Shown here one piece after another: positions 47,104 to 60,790 of a stretch of 64,000 nucleotides of DNA. Origin of the DNA: Longimicrobiales bacterium (lineage in GTDB: Bacteria > Gemmatimonadota > Gemmatimonadetes > Longimicrobiales > Gaopeijiaceae); NCBI GenBank assembly GCA_965202805.1, contig OZ241869.1:2060652-2124651 (forward strand), written 5' to 3'. The notes beneath the pieces were generated by a model. That model was not told the origin of the DNA and did no database searches. It worked only from the letters and a program-made list of their open reading frames with translations. Made by a program: the position numbers and the translations under genes. Numbering within the stretch: position 1 is the stretch's first letter; every line of letters starts with the position of its first letter.

Positions 47104-47505
47104 ATGACCGAATCCACTCACACGGCGGAAGCGATCCGCGCGGCGATGGATCATCTTATCGATCGCGCGACCAATTTCGACGTCGATGCCCTGAAAACCA
47201 TCTATCACAAGGACTTTCATACAACGCTGGTGATGCCCGACAGCACCGTAACCACCTACAGCAAGGAGGAATTCATCGCCCATTTCCGCAAGCAGGCGGA
47301 AGAGGGCAAGACGCGGCTCAATCCGTGGGCGGACTGGCATGATTTCCATGTTCTGGGCGACACTGCGGTTTGTGTGCTGACCCGCAGACACAGCGGCATG
47401 AGCGGCGAGGAGATGCAACTCCTGTGCAACATCGAGTGGCGTTACGAAGACGGGCGCTGGCAAGTGCTTCGCGAGCAGATTTTCCTTCGTCCGCTGGACG
47501 CGTGA
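47104..47505 (+). CDS. NTF2/SnoaL-like (DUF4440-type) small protein
   Basis: AAGGAGG SD before ATG 47104. 133 aa, with a cone-fold-like pattern (...FDVDALKTIYHKDF..., ...CNIEWRYEDGRWQVLREQIF). Noticeably lower G+C than the flanking genes. Confidence 0.65.
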   Translation: MTESTHTAEAIRAAMDHLIDRATNFDVDALKTIYHKDFHTTLVMPDSTVTTYSKEEFIAHFRKQAEEGKTRLNPWADWHDFHVLGDTAVCVLTRRHSGMSGEEMQLLCNIEWRYEDGRWQVLREQIFLRPLDA

Positions 47506-47535
47506 AGCGCCCCCTCACCGAAAGGAGCGAAGCTC

Positions 47536-48159
47536 ATGACCACTTCAAGCCTCGACATATCCAGCGAGGCGGTACCGGCGTTTCCGGCGATCGTACCGGG
47601 GAAGCTGATCCTCAACGGCGAAAACCCGTTCATTCGCCTAAGCGATGCACCTGGCGATCCGTTCACCACCGACGCCAGCCTCTGGACGATCACCTATTCA
47701 CCCGGGGGCGCCGGTCACGCCCTGTTCATCAGGAGTGAGCTGACCGACGACCAATGGCGCATCTACACCGACAATCCGGAGATGGTGAGGTGGCTGCAGG
47801 CAACCGTTCAGGGAATGCTGAACCCGGAAACGGCCAGTAGCCGCATTGCCCTTCTGGATGCCAGCTTTTCGCGACACGGTGACGTGCAGAGCATCTGGAC
47901 CCAGACGGTGCGTTCGGATACTGACGAAATCGTGCTTTCCTGGAGCAATCTGATCGGCCCGCTCCTGATGGCGCATGACCAGCCGGCCCAGCTCCCCGAA
48001 AGGGAATACGGCGTCAGTCTCGTCATGATTCCGGCCCTGGAGGCCGGGTTGACGTTGAACGGCCGAAGGGCATCGGGCCGGGTTTGGCCCTGCCGGTATG
48101 ACGGACAGCCCTTCAGCACTTCAGCGCTGGCCTTTTCGGAAAGCTGGAGAGAACCCTGA
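47536..48159 (+). CDS. hypothetical protein (no recognised domain)
   Basis: AAAGGAG SD. 207 aa. Same strand and lower G+C as the preceding gene. No TM segments or signal peptide. Confidence 0.55.
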   Translation: MTTSSLDISSEAVPAFPAIVPGKLILNGENPFIRLSDAPGDPFTTDASLWTITYSPGGAGHALFIRSELTDDQWRIYTDNPEMVRWLQATVQGMLNPETASSRIALLDASFSRHGDVQSIWTQTVRSDTDEIVLSWSNLIGPLLMAHDQPAQLPEREYGVSLVMIPALEAGLTLNGRRASGRVWPCRYDGQPFSTSALAFSESWREP

Positions 48160-48181
48160 CGGCTCCCGTAATTCACGCCTT

Positions 48182-49231
48182 CTACCCCACCCGCTCCGCC
48201 TCTCGCACCAGCCGCTCGATCAGCGCCTCCCCGTCCGGCAGCCGATTCGCCAGCTCGTCCCGGATGCGCGGGATGACGGCGGGGGCGAACGGCGCCAGCT
48301 CCGGGCGCGAGATCTCCACGCCCGCGGCCCGCATCTGCTCGATGGCCTCCGCCTCCATCCGGCGCGCCTCTTCGCTCTGGTACGCGAGCGCGTCGGCCGC
48401 GGAACGATCCATGATCTCCCGGATGTCCGCCGGCAGCGCGCGGTAGAACGGCTCGTTCACCAACAGCGTGATCGGGTTGTAGGTGATGGAGGTGAAGCTG
48501 TAGAAGCGGGCCACCTCATGGAGCCGGCTGCTCACGAACCCGATGGCGTTCGCCTCCCCGCCGTCGATCACGCCCTGCTGCAGCGCTGAGTAGACCTCGC
48601 CGTAGTTCATCGGGGTCGCCTGCACGCCGAGCGCGGAGTAGGCCGCCAGGTAGGTCGCGTTCTGGAGGACCCGGAGCTTGAGCCCGGCGAGATCCCCGGG
48701 CGCCTGGACAGGCCGGCGCCGGTTGTAGACGTGGCGGAACCCGTAGTCGAGGAAGCCCAGCGAGCGGACGCCGGTGCGCTCGAGCAAGAGATCGCGCCAC
48801 CAGTCCCCGACGGGGCCGTTCATCACCGCGAGCCCATGGTCCCGGTTCTCGAAGAGGAACGGGAGGTCGAACATCTGCCCCTCGGGCACCCAGCCCGAGA
48901 GCACGGGGGTGCCGGTGATGGCCATGTGCACCGCGCCGACCTGGATCTGCTCGAAGGCCACGCGCTCGCCCCCAAGCTGTCCCGAGGGATAGATGACGAC
49001 CCGAAAGCGCCCGTTGGTGCGCTCGAGCATCAGGTCCCGGAAGCGCTCCGCCAGGAGATGGAACTCCGAGTTGGTCGAGAGCACGTGGGAGAAGCGGACT
49101 TCCCACGCAGGCGCGTCACCCCGCGTTGCGCTGTCGGCATCGCCGGGCGCGGGGCCGCGGCAGGACGTCAACAGGAGGGCTGCCACCAGCGCCGGCAGTC
49201 CGCGGATGATTCCGCGCGAGCCCCTACGCAC
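48182..49231 (-). CDS. dctP: TRAP transporter substrate-binding protein (lipoprotein-type signal)
   Basis: Lipobox LLLTSC. DctP-like segments (FRVVIYPSGQLGGE..., LKLRVLQNATYLAAYSALGVQATPMNYGEVYSALQQGVIDGGE). Confidence 0.9.
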   Translation of the reverse strand: MRRGSRGIIRGLPALVAALLLTSCRGPAPGDADSATRGDAPAWEVRFSHVLSTNSEFHLLAERFRDLMLERTNGRFRVVIYPSGQLGGERVAFEQIQVGAVHMAITGTPVLSGWVPEGQMFDLPFLFENRDHGLAVMNGPVGDWWRDLLLERTGVRSLGFLDYGFRHVYNRRRPVQAPGDLAGLKLRVLQNATYLAAYSALGVQATPMNYGEVYSALQQGVIDGGEANAIGFVSSRLHEVARFYSFTSITYNPITLLVNEPFYRALPADIREIMDRSAADALAYQSEEARRMEAEAIEQMRAAGVEISRPELAPFAPAVIPRIRDELANRLPDGEALIERLVREAERVG

Positions 49232-49988
49232 CCCAGATCGTCTGGCCGGCGTCGATGAACAGGCTGGCGCCGGTCACGAGACGCGCCTCGTCGCCGGACG
49301 CGAGGTACACCACCGCCCCCACCAGGTCGTCCGGGTTGCCGATCAGGCCGAGCGGGATGCGCGCCAGCCGGCGCTCGCGGAACTCCTCCTGCGCGATGTC
49401 GGCCCGGTTCAGGTCGGTCTCGATGAGGCCCGGGGCGATGGCGTTGACCCGGATCCCGCGGGGCGCGAGCTCGAGGGCCATCTGCTTCGTCAGCATCTCG
49501 ATCCCGGCCTTCGACACGCAGTAGTGGGTGAGGTTGGGGGCGGCCACCGCCTGCCCGGCGGATGACACGTTGACGATGGCGCCCGCCGTCCCGGCCTCGA
49601 CCATGCGGCGCGCCACCGCCTGCCCCACCAGGAAGTACCCCTTCAGGTTGACGTCCAGGATGGCGTCCCACTCATCCTCGGCGATCTCGAGGAAGGGCGT
49701 GCGCTTCAGGATGCCCGCATTGTTGACCAGGATGTCGATGCCGCCCAGGAAGTCGTGCGCCTCGGCGACAAAGCGCTCGACATCCGGGCGGGAGGCCGCG
49801 GACCCCTGCACGGCCACCGCGCGCCGCCCCATCTCCTCGATCTCGTGGACCGCGCTATCGGCATCCCCGCGGCTCCGCCGATAGTTGACCGCTACGTCCG
49901 CGCCCTCACTGGCCAGCCCCAGGGCGATGGCCCGGCCGATGCTCCGCGAACCACCGGTGACCAGGGCACGCTTGCCTTCAAGACGCAT
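49224..49988 (-). CDS. SDR family oxidoreductase (FabG/glucose-1-dehydrogenase-like)
   Basis: VTGGSRSIG, NNAG and YCVSKAG (YxxxK). 254 aa. Its stop overlaps the dctP start by 8 nt. Confidence 0.9.
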   Translation of the reverse strand: MRLEGKRALVTGGSRSIGRAIALGLASEGADVAVNYRRSRGDADSAVHEIEEMGRRAVAVQGSAASRPDVERFVAEAHDFLGGIDILVNNAGILKRTPFLEIAEDEWDAILDVNLKGYFLVGQAVARRMVEAGTAGAIVNVSSAGQAVAAPNLTHYCVSKAGIEMLTKQMALELAPRGIRVNAIAPGLIETDLNRADIAQEEFRERRLARIPLGLIGNPDDLVGAVVYLASGDEARLVTGASLFIDAGQTIWGA

Positions 49989-50000
49989 CGCGTGTCGAAC

Positions 50001-53883
<3,883 letters not shown>

Positions 53884-53970
53884 CTTCGGGAAGGCCTCCG
53901 GAGCGCGGACGGAAGCCGCTGCCCGCTCCCCGGGGGAGACCCGTGTCCGGAACTGCGGAGAGTGCCTGCG

Positions 53971-54798
53971 CTACTCGCGCCCCATGTCCTCCGGCTTGGA
54001 GTGAACCGCGAAGGCCGCTCCCTGCGCATCCATGCACTGGGCTATGAACTCGCCTCCCGGCACCTCCATGGGTCCGTTGAGCACCGTCCCGCCCAGTTCA
54101 GTGACCTTCTTCGCGGCGGCGAAGGCATCCGGCACCCGGACGTAGTTCAGCCACGCGGATACGGGCATCTCGGGAGGCCGGTTGTAGAAGCCCCCCAGCG
54201 GATGCGCGCCGCGATGGAACATCTGGTAGATGCCCGCCTCCCCCATGTCCATCCGGTCCGCTTCCTGCCAGCCGAACAGCTCCGAATAGAATGCCCAGGC
54301 CGCCTCCCAGTCGGTGGTCGCCAGCTCGCGCCAGGAGAACTCGCCCGGTTCTGCCGGTTCGTCGTGCCCCGGCGTCACGTCGGTGGGCTGATACGCGATG
54401 AAGACCGCGTCCAGCGGATCCTTGAGCACGGCCATGCGCCCGACCTGGTCGACATCGACCATCTCCAGGATGCTTCCGCCCAGGCTCTCGGCCTTCGCGG
54501 CGCACGCGTCGGCGTCCGGCGTCGACACGTAGAGCAGCCAGTGCGGCGGCACGCCCGCGCCCGTGAGATGCTCGGGGAGTGCCATGAGCCCGCCGACCGG
54601 CACGCCCTGGTTCATCCACAGATGGTACGGGGTCTCGGTCTCGCCTTCTCCCCACTCGCCCATGCCCCAGCCGATCACTTCACCGTAGAAGACGGCCGCG
54701 GCCTCGGGGTCGCTGGTGAGCAGTTCGTGCCAGCAGAATCGACCGGTGGGGGTGGTCGCCGTGCTCTCGGCGGGTGGTGCAGTTGTGGTGTCGGACAT
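53971..54798 (-). CDS. two-domain VOC (glyoxalase-fold) family protein
   Basis: The duplicated module FCWHELLTSDPEAAAVFY...GGSILE...MAVLKDP recurs as FSWRELATTDWEAAWAFY...GGTVLN...IAQCMDAQG. Confidence 0.8.
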   Translation of the reverse strand: MSDTTTAPPAESTATTPTGRFCWHELLTSDPEAAAVFYGEVIGWGMGEWGEGETETPYHLWMNQGVPVGGLMALPEHLTGAGVPPHWLLYVSTPDADACAAKAESLGGSILEMVDVDQVGRMAVLKDPLDAVFIAYQPTDVTPGHDEPAEPGEFSWRELATTDWEAAWAFYSELFGWQEADRMDMGEAGIYQMFHRGAHPLGGFYNRPPEMPVSAWLNYVRVPDAFAAAKKVTELGGTVLNGPMEVPGGEFIAQCMDAQGAAFAVHSKPEDMGRE

Positions 54799-55044
54799 GA
54801 CGGGATTCCTCTCGGGATGTCGGGGTGGATGTCAGGATCGGGAAGCCGGTTCTCGCGCGGCTCGCACGTTGACTCGATTGTCGGGCTCAACAATCTTGCC
54901 TCGATCCTACGTCGATTCAACGGGCGCGTTTCGCGACCCGCAAGACGCCAGCCACAGCCCGCACAACGTCGGCCGCAACACGAGACGACGCAGGCCGCGA
55001 CCCGATACGCCGCCACGCGGCTCAACACGAAAGGTGACCATCCC

Positions 55045-55518
55045 ATGACAGCCATCCGCGTGGGCGCCGATGCGCCCGACTTCACCGTGTTCGCTCCTCC
55101 CGGCGAGGCGAACTTCACGCTTTCCGAGCACCGGGGCCGGCCCGTCGTGCTCATGTTCGTGCCGCTGGCCTTCACCAGCACCTGCACGGCCGAGTTCTGC
55201 CACGTCGCCGAGCACTGGGGCCAGTGGGGCGAGCTCGGCGCCGACGTCGTCGGCATCAGCGTGGATTCCCCCTTCGTCAACCAGAAGTGGGGCGAGGAGA
55301 TGGGGGCGCCCTTCCCCATCCTCTCGGACTTCAACAAGGAAGCCGTGGCCGCATACGGGGTCCTGCAGGGCGAACTCATCGGGTTGCGCGGCGTAGCCCG
55401 GCGCTCGGTCTTCGTCGTCGACGGGGACGGACGCGTCACCTACGCGTGGGTTGCGGAGAATCCGGGGGTGCTGCCGCACTTTGACGAGATCGTGGAGGCC
55501 GTGCAGGCGGTCGCGTGA
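55045..55518 (+). CDS. peroxiredoxin (AhpE/Bcp-like)
   Basis: ATG 55045 is in frame with ORF 53962..55518. DAPDF, PLAFTSTC (PxxxTxxC peroxidatic Cys). 157 aa. Confidence 0.85.
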   Translation: MTAIRVGADAPDFTVFAPPGEANFTLSEHRGRPVVLMFVPLAFTSTCTAEFCHVAEHWGQWGELGADVVGISVDSPFVNQKWGEEMGAPFPILSDFNKEAVAAYGVLQGELIGLRGVARRSVFVVDGDGRVTYAWVAENPGVLPHFDEIVEAVQAVA

Positions 55519-55715
55519 TGGCCGGGCACCGGTCGGGAGGCGATGCTCCCGGCCACCACATCCATGCGTGTCGCGGGCGCGGTCGGCTCTGACGTATTTT
55601 CAGCGGTAAGGCCACCCCGGTTGTCCATGCGGGAGAGGGCCCGCGCCTCATCCCGCAGGCGTCTGGCCGCGAAGCAGGCAATGTCCGCAACACAAGCGAT
55701 GTCCAGGAGAGGAAG

Positions 55716-56678
55716 ATGACGCTCACACGACGCGACTGGCTCAGGCTCACGGCGGGCGGCGGTGCCGCGCTCGCACTCACCCCCGACCTGCTGGCGTCGC
55801 TGGCGCGCCAGGAAGTCATGGCCCGGGCCATTCCGGGCACCGACGAGATGCTCCCGGTGGTGGGGCTCGGAAGTTCGGCCACCTTCTCGCGCGTGGCGCG
55901 CAGCGAGGACGTGAGCGCGATCGGCGCCGTGCTGCAGACCTTCGTGGACAACGGCGGGACGGTGTTCGACACCGCGCCCAGCTACGGGGCCTCCGAGCAG
56001 GTGGCCGGCGACGTCGCCAACGAACTCGGCATCCAGGAACGGATTTTCTGGGCCACCAAGGTCAACGTGGCCGGACGCGGGGGCGGATCGGCCGATCCGG
56101 CGGCGGCGCGCGCGCAGATCGAGCGCTCCTTCGACCGCTTCCAGCTGCCGGTCATCGACCTGATCCAGGTGCACAACCTGGGCGACCCGCCCACCCAGCT
56201 CGGCATCCTCGCGGAGGAGAAGGCCGCGGGCCGGGTGCGCTACATCGGCATCACCAGCACCAGCGAGCGGCGCTATCCGGACCTCGCGGCGGTCATGCGC
56301 AACGAGCCCATCGACTTCATCGGCGTGGACTACGCGGTGGACAACCGCGCCTCGGCCGACATGATCCTGCCGCTCGCGCAGGAGCGCAACATCGGCGTGC
56401 TGGTCTACGCCCCCTTCGGCCGCACACGCCTCTGGAACCGGGTGAGCGGGCGCGACGTGCCCGTGTGGGCCGGTGAGTTCGACGCGCACAGCTGGGCCCA
56501 GTTCTTCCTCAAGTTCGTGGTGGCGCACCCGGCGGTGACCTGCGTCACCCCCGCCACCAGCCGCCCCGAGCACATGATCGACAACCTGGGCGGCGGCATG
56601 GGCGGGCTCCCGGACGAGAGCCAGCTCGAGCGCATGGTCCAGCTGGTGGAGGATCTGCCGCCGGCCCGACGCGGGTAG
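55716..56678 (+). CDS. aldo/keto reductase with Tat-type signal
   Basis: Twin-arginine TRRDWLRL plus a hydrophobic region. AKR segments GGTVFDTAPSYG, IDLIQVHN and VRYIGITS. Confidence 0.85.
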   Translation: MTLTRRDWLRLTAGGGAALALTPDLLASLARQEVMARAIPGTDEMLPVVGLGSSATFSRVARSEDVSAIGAVLQTFVDNGGTVFDTAPSYGASEQVAGDVANELGIQERIFWATKVNVAGRGGGSADPAAARAQIERSFDRFQLPVIDLIQVHNLGDPPTQLGILAEEKAAGRVRYIGITSTSERRYPDLAAVMRNEPIDFIGVDYAVDNRASADMILPLAQERNIGVLVYAPFGRTRLWNRVSGRDVPVWAGEFDAHSWAQFFLKFVVAHPAVTCVTPATSRPEHMIDNLGGGMGGLPDESQLERMVQLVEDLPPARRG

Positions 56679-56702
56679 ACAAGCGGGAATCCTCCGAAGG
56701 CC

Positions 56703-56757
56703 GCTTCGGGGCCCGCGGTTGGCCGGCGTGAAAGCGTCCGGCGTCCGGCCCCGAAGC
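56703..56757. terminator. 11-bp-stem hairpin in a convergent spacer
   Basis: gcttcggggcc (56703-56713) pairs with ggccccgaagc (56747-56757). The loop is long (33 nt), so confidence is low. Confidence 0.3.
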
Positions 56758-59189
56758 TACCCCTCCGGCCTCACGATCTCGTACTGGTGCGGTGGCTCCG
56801 CCCCCAGCAGGTGGCGCACGAAGTAGTCCCAGCGGCGGCGGATGAAGTAGGGCTCGTTGAGGCCGTGGGCGCGGTCCGGAGCCCAGATCAGGTCGAAATC
56901 GCGGTTGGCCTTGATCAGCTCGTCGATCACCTGGACGGTCATCGCGGGGTGTACGTTGTCGTCCATGTCCCCGTGCATCAGCAGCAGCTTGCCCTCCAGG
57001 TTCGCGGCGTAGGTCTTGTTGGCCGAGGCCTCGAAGTTGTCCGTGCCGATGGAGTCCTCCTCCATGACGCCCTGGTATTTCTCGGCCCAGTAGATGTTGT
57101 AGCTGCGGTTGTCGTGATTGCCGGCCCCTGAAACGGCGACCTTGAAGAACTCGGGGAAGCGCAGGATGGCATCCGTGGAGGCGAACCCGCCGCCGGAGTG
57201 TCCGTAGATGCCCACCCGGTCCAGATCGATGAAGGGATGGCGGGCGGCGAGCTGCCGGATGACGGCGATGTGATCGGGGATGCCGTTGTCGATGAAGTTC
57301 CCGTAGTAGTTGTCGTGGAAGGCCTTGGAGCGATGCGGCGTCCCCAGGTGGTCGATCTGCACGACCACGAAGCCGAGCTGCGCCAGGGCGAAGTTCTCGC
57401 CGCCGCCCTTGAACTCCCAGTCCCCGACGCTTCCCCGCTGGGGCCCGGGATAGATGTGCGAGATGATGGGGTACTTCGCGCTCTCGTCCAGATCCGGCGG
57501 GAGATAGAGGATGCCGTAGAGATCGGTGATCCCGTCGCGCGCCTTGGCCGTGAACACTTCCCCGGGGATGAAGCCGATCTCCTCGATCGCCGAGATGTCC
57601 GCGTGCTCCAGCTCGCGCACGACGCGCCCGTCGGCCGCGGTCCGCAGGACGGTGACCGGTTCCCCCTCCACGCGCGAGTACGTGTCCACGAAGTAGCTGC
57701 CGCCGGGCGAGAACTCGATGACGTGGTTCGCGTCCTCGGGGGTGAGCAGCGTCAGCCCGGAGCCGTCGAAGCCGACGCGGTACAGGTGCGCGTAGTACGG
57801 GTTGCGCCCAGGCTCGCGGCCGCGCGCGGTAAAGAAGATGCGCTGGCGCGTCTCGTCGATGAAGACGGCCTGTCCGACCGTCCACGGGCCGGAGGTTATG
57901 CGGTTCTTCAGGTTGCCCTGGCCGTCGAAACGGTACAGGTGCGCCCAGCCGTCGCGCTCGGACCACCAGATCACGTCGTCGCCGCTCTCGGAGACGTACC
58001 AGGACGGGGTGCCGCCGCTGGATCCCCCGCCCCGGTGCCCGAGCGACACGAAGGTGCGGGTGGAGTCGCCCAGGATGACCCGTGAGGCGCCGGTCGCGGC
58101 ATCGATCTCGGCCAGGTACACGCGCTGTGAGCCGCGCGTGAAATAGTTGACGTGCAGGCGGGTGCCGTCGGCGCTCCAGGCCGAGTCGGGGGCGGAGCCG
58201 GCGAAGGACAGCTGATGCGGGACAGGCGCCACCTCGACCCGGCGGTTGGCGGCCGCGCGCAAGGCGGTGACGGTCTCCGCGCCGACCCCGTTACCATCCT
58301 CCCCAACCCCGCTGCCGGCGGCCATCTCGCCCTCCTCCAGCTCCACGACGTGCACGGTGGGCAGCGGGATCACCGAGTCGCCCGGCAGCGCGTACGGCTG
58401 GGAGAAGTGCCGCGGGCGCTGCGACGTATACGAGATGTAGTGCATGTGCTCCACCTCGCGCTCGTCCCGGCGCGCCACCGCGATGTAGCGCGAGTCCGGC
58501 GACCAGGCCAGCGTGGGCGTGCGCGGCCCCGGCCCCTCCCGCAGCTGGTTGGGGCGCGGCTCGTTGTACCCGTAGGCGTAGTACTTCTCGCCGTCGGCGG
58601 TCAGCTGGATCGAGTCGCCGCCCCCCGCCGGGCGCACGAACAGGTTGTACTCGTGCGAGAAGGCCTCCCAGCGCCCGTCGGGGGACTCCACGAAGGGCAG
58701 CCGCGAAGGGAGCGTGTCCCCCACCGCGCAGGAGTAGCCCGCGATGTCGCAGGTGAAGCGCCTGCTGTTCGCCGTGAACTCGATTTCGCTCTCGCTGGCG
58801 CCGAAGCGGAAACTGCTGAAGGGCAGCTTGTCCGGGACGTAGCTGGTGTCGCCCGCGAGCGACATCGCCCCCGCCAGGCGGTAATGGTCGAAGAGCGGTT
58901 CGCGGCTGCCCCCGGCCGGGTTCACCATTACGAACTCGTACCCCGACCCCGTGTTGTTGCGGTACCAGAAGCGGGCGGTGTCCCCGGTCTCCATCCAGTT
59001 CGGGACCACTTCGGCCCCCGCGATCATGCGCTCGGTGTTCCAGGTCAGGAAGCGCTCGGCGCGGGAGTAGTCCACCTCCTGCGCCGTGGCCGCCCCGCCG
59101 CCGGCAAGAGCTGCGAGCAGAGCCGCCGGAGCGAACAGGCGAGCGATGGCAGGATGGACGGGGTATCGCATGAGTGCCTCCCGGAGCAT
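56757..59189 (-). CDS. S9B family dipeptidyl-peptidase IV-like serine peptidase
   Basis: Signal peptide. DPPIV-type N-terminal propeller. GIYGHSGGGF (GxSxGG), HGDMDDNVH and DRAHG. Confidence 0.88.
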   Translation of the reverse strand: MLREALMRYPVHPAIARLFAPAALLAALAGGGAATAQEVDYSRAERFLTWNTERMIAGAEVVPNWMETGDTARFWYRNNTGSGYEFVMVNPAGGSREPLFDHYRLAGAMSLAGDTSYVPDKLPFSSFRFGASESEIEFTANSRRFTCDIAGYSCAVGDTLPSRLPFVESPDGRWEAFSHEYNLFVRPAGGGDSIQLTADGEKYYAYGYNEPRPNQLREGPGPRTPTLAWSPDSRYIAVARRDEREVEHMHYISYTSQRPRHFSQPYALPGDSVIPLPTVHVVELEEGEMAAGSGVGEDGNGVGAETVTALRAAANRRVEVAPVPHQLSFAGSAPDSAWSADGTRLHVNYFTRGSQRVYLAEIDAATGASRVILGDSTRTFVSLGHRGGGSSGGTPSWYVSESGDDVIWWSERDGWAHLYRFDGQGNLKNRITSGPWTVGQAVFIDETRQRIFFTARGREPGRNPYYAHLYRVGFDGSGLTLLTPEDANHVIEFSPGGSYFVDTYSRVEGEPVTVLRTAADGRVVRELEHADISAIEEIGFIPGEVFTAKARDGITDLYGILYLPPDLDESAKYPIISHIYPGPQRGSVGDWEFKGGGENFALAQLGFVVVQIDHLGTPHRSKAFHDNYYGNFIDNGIPDHIAVIRQLAARHPFIDLDRVGIYGHSGGGFASTDAILRFPEFFKVAVSGAGNHDNRSYNIYWAEKYQGVMEEDSIGTDNFEASANKTYAANLEGKLLLMHGDMDDNVHPAMTVQVIDELIKANRDFDLIWAPDRAHGLNEPYFIRRRWDYFVRHLLGAEPPHQYEIVRPEG

Positions 59190-59371
59190 TCAGGGGTCGC
59201 GCGGGCGTCGGGCGTTTGCGGAATCCGCCGAGGGCGGGGATTATCCGTGCTAGCCAATCTGCCGAGAGGGACGAATGCCGGGCAATCGCCCAGTGCCCTC
59301 CCGGCGGGAACCGCGCGGCCCCGCATCGCATCCTTGAACACGCGTTTCCGACTCGAGCCCCGAGACCACAC

Positions 59372-60778
59372 ATGAGCGAGATCAGCTTTACCGCCCAGGT
59401 CGACCGCCACTTCCACAAGGCGGCCGCGTACACGAACCACCCCCCGGGCCTCCTCGAGCAGATCCGGGCGTGCAACAGCGTCTACGCGTTCACATTCCCG
59501 ATCCGGAAGGACAACGGCACCATCGAGGTCATCCACGCCTGGAGAGCGGAACACAGCATGCACAAGACCCCCACCAAGGGGGGGATTCGCTACGCCTCGC
59601 ACGCCAACCAGGACGAAGTGGTGGCGCTCGCCACCCTCATGACCTACAAGTGCGCCCTGGTCGAAGTCCCCTACGGCGGCGCCAAGGGCGCGGTCTGCAT
59701 CGACCGGCGCGAGTATTCGGACGCCGAACTCGAGCGCATCACCCGGCGCTACACCTTCGAGCTGGTGGCCAAGAACTTCATCGGCCCCGGCCTCGACGTT
59801 CCCGCCCCCGACTACGGCACCGGTGCCCGCGAGATGGCGTGGATCGTCGACACCTACGAGCAGATCGCCCCGTCCAAGCTCAACGCCGCCGCGTGCGTGA
59901 CCGGGAAGCCGATCGCGCAGGGCGGCATCAGGGGGCGGACTACCGCCACCGGGCTGGGCGTCTTCTTCGGCATCCGGGAGACCTGCCTGGACGCGGGATT
60001 CATGAAGGACCTGGGCCTGCAGCGGGGCGTGGGCGGCAAGCGCATCGTCATCCAGGGCCTCGGCAACGTGGGCTACCACGCCGCCTGCTTCCTGCACGAC
60101 GCGGGCGCCGTCATCGCGGGCATCGCCGAATACAACGGCGGCATCTGGTCCGAAGACGGGATCGATCCGCGCGCAGCCCGGAAGCACTTTCGCGAGCACG
60201 GCTCGCTGCTCGGCTTCCCGGGCGCCTCCGACGTGACCAGCAGCCTGGAGCTGCTGGAGGCCGACTGCGACATCCTCGTGCCCGCCGCCATCGAGAACGT
60301 GATCACCGAGGAAAACGCGGGACGAATCCGGGCCTCGATGATCGCGGAGGCGGCCAACGGACCCACCACCGCCGGCGCGGCGGAAATGCTCCTGGAGCGG
60401 GGCGTGCTGATCCTCCCGGACATGTATCTGAACGCGGGAGGGGTCACGGTCTCGTACTTCGAGTGGCTGAAGAACCTCTCCCACGTGCGCATGGGCAGGA
60501 TGGAGAAGCGATTCGAGGAGGCGAGCAACCGCCGGCTGCTGGCTGCGATGGAGGCAGTGACGGGGTACCAGCTTTCCGAGGCGGTGCTCGGCATGGCGGC
60601 CAAGGGCGCCAGCGAGGAGGACCTGGTCCGTTCCGGGCTCGAGGACACGATGATCAATGCCCACCGCATCAGCTGCGAGGTGGCGCGACGTCACGGGGTC
60701 GACCTCCGGACCGCCGCCTACGTCCTGGCCATCGACAAGATCGCCGTTGCCTACGCGGAGCGGGGGATCTTCCCGTAG
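59372..60778 (+). CDS. Glu/Leu/Phe/Val dehydrogenase family, glutamate dehydrogenase-like
   Basis: ATG 59372 is in frame with ORF 59174..60778. KGGIRY, VPYGGAKG and the IQGLGNVG Rossmann motif. Confidence 0.9.
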   Translation: MSEISFTAQVDRHFHKAAAYTNHPPGLLEQIRACNSVYAFTFPIRKDNGTIEVIHAWRAEHSMHKTPTKGGIRYASHANQDEVVALATLMTYKCALVEVPYGGAKGAVCIDRREYSDAELERITRRYTFELVAKNFIGPGLDVPAPDYGTGAREMAWIVDTYEQIAPSKLNAAACVTGKPIAQGGIRGRTTATGLGVFFGIRETCLDAGFMKDLGLQRGVGGKRIVIQGLGNVGYHAACFLHDAGAVIAGIAEYNGGIWSEDGIDPRAARKHFREHGSLLGFPGASDVTSSLELLEADCDILVPAAIENVITEENAGRIRASMIAEAANGPTTAGAAEMLLERGVLILPDMYLNAGGVTVSYFEWLKNLSHVRMGRMEKRFEEASNRRLLAAMEAVTGYQLSEAVLGMAAKGASEEDLVRSGLEDTMINAHRISCEVARRHGVDLRTAAYVLAIDKIAVAYAERGIFP

Positions 60779-60790
60779 AAGGGACCCTCC

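Noticed and set aside
54860-54950. Possible OxyR/PerR-type operator between the divergent VOC and peroxiredoxin genes (GATTGT-N8-ACAATC at about 54866..54885), and an extra CGCAAGACG 9-mer at 54940
   Set aside because: The 6-bp arms are too short to be significant and match no consensus I know. A single 9-mer match is expected by chance in 64 kb.
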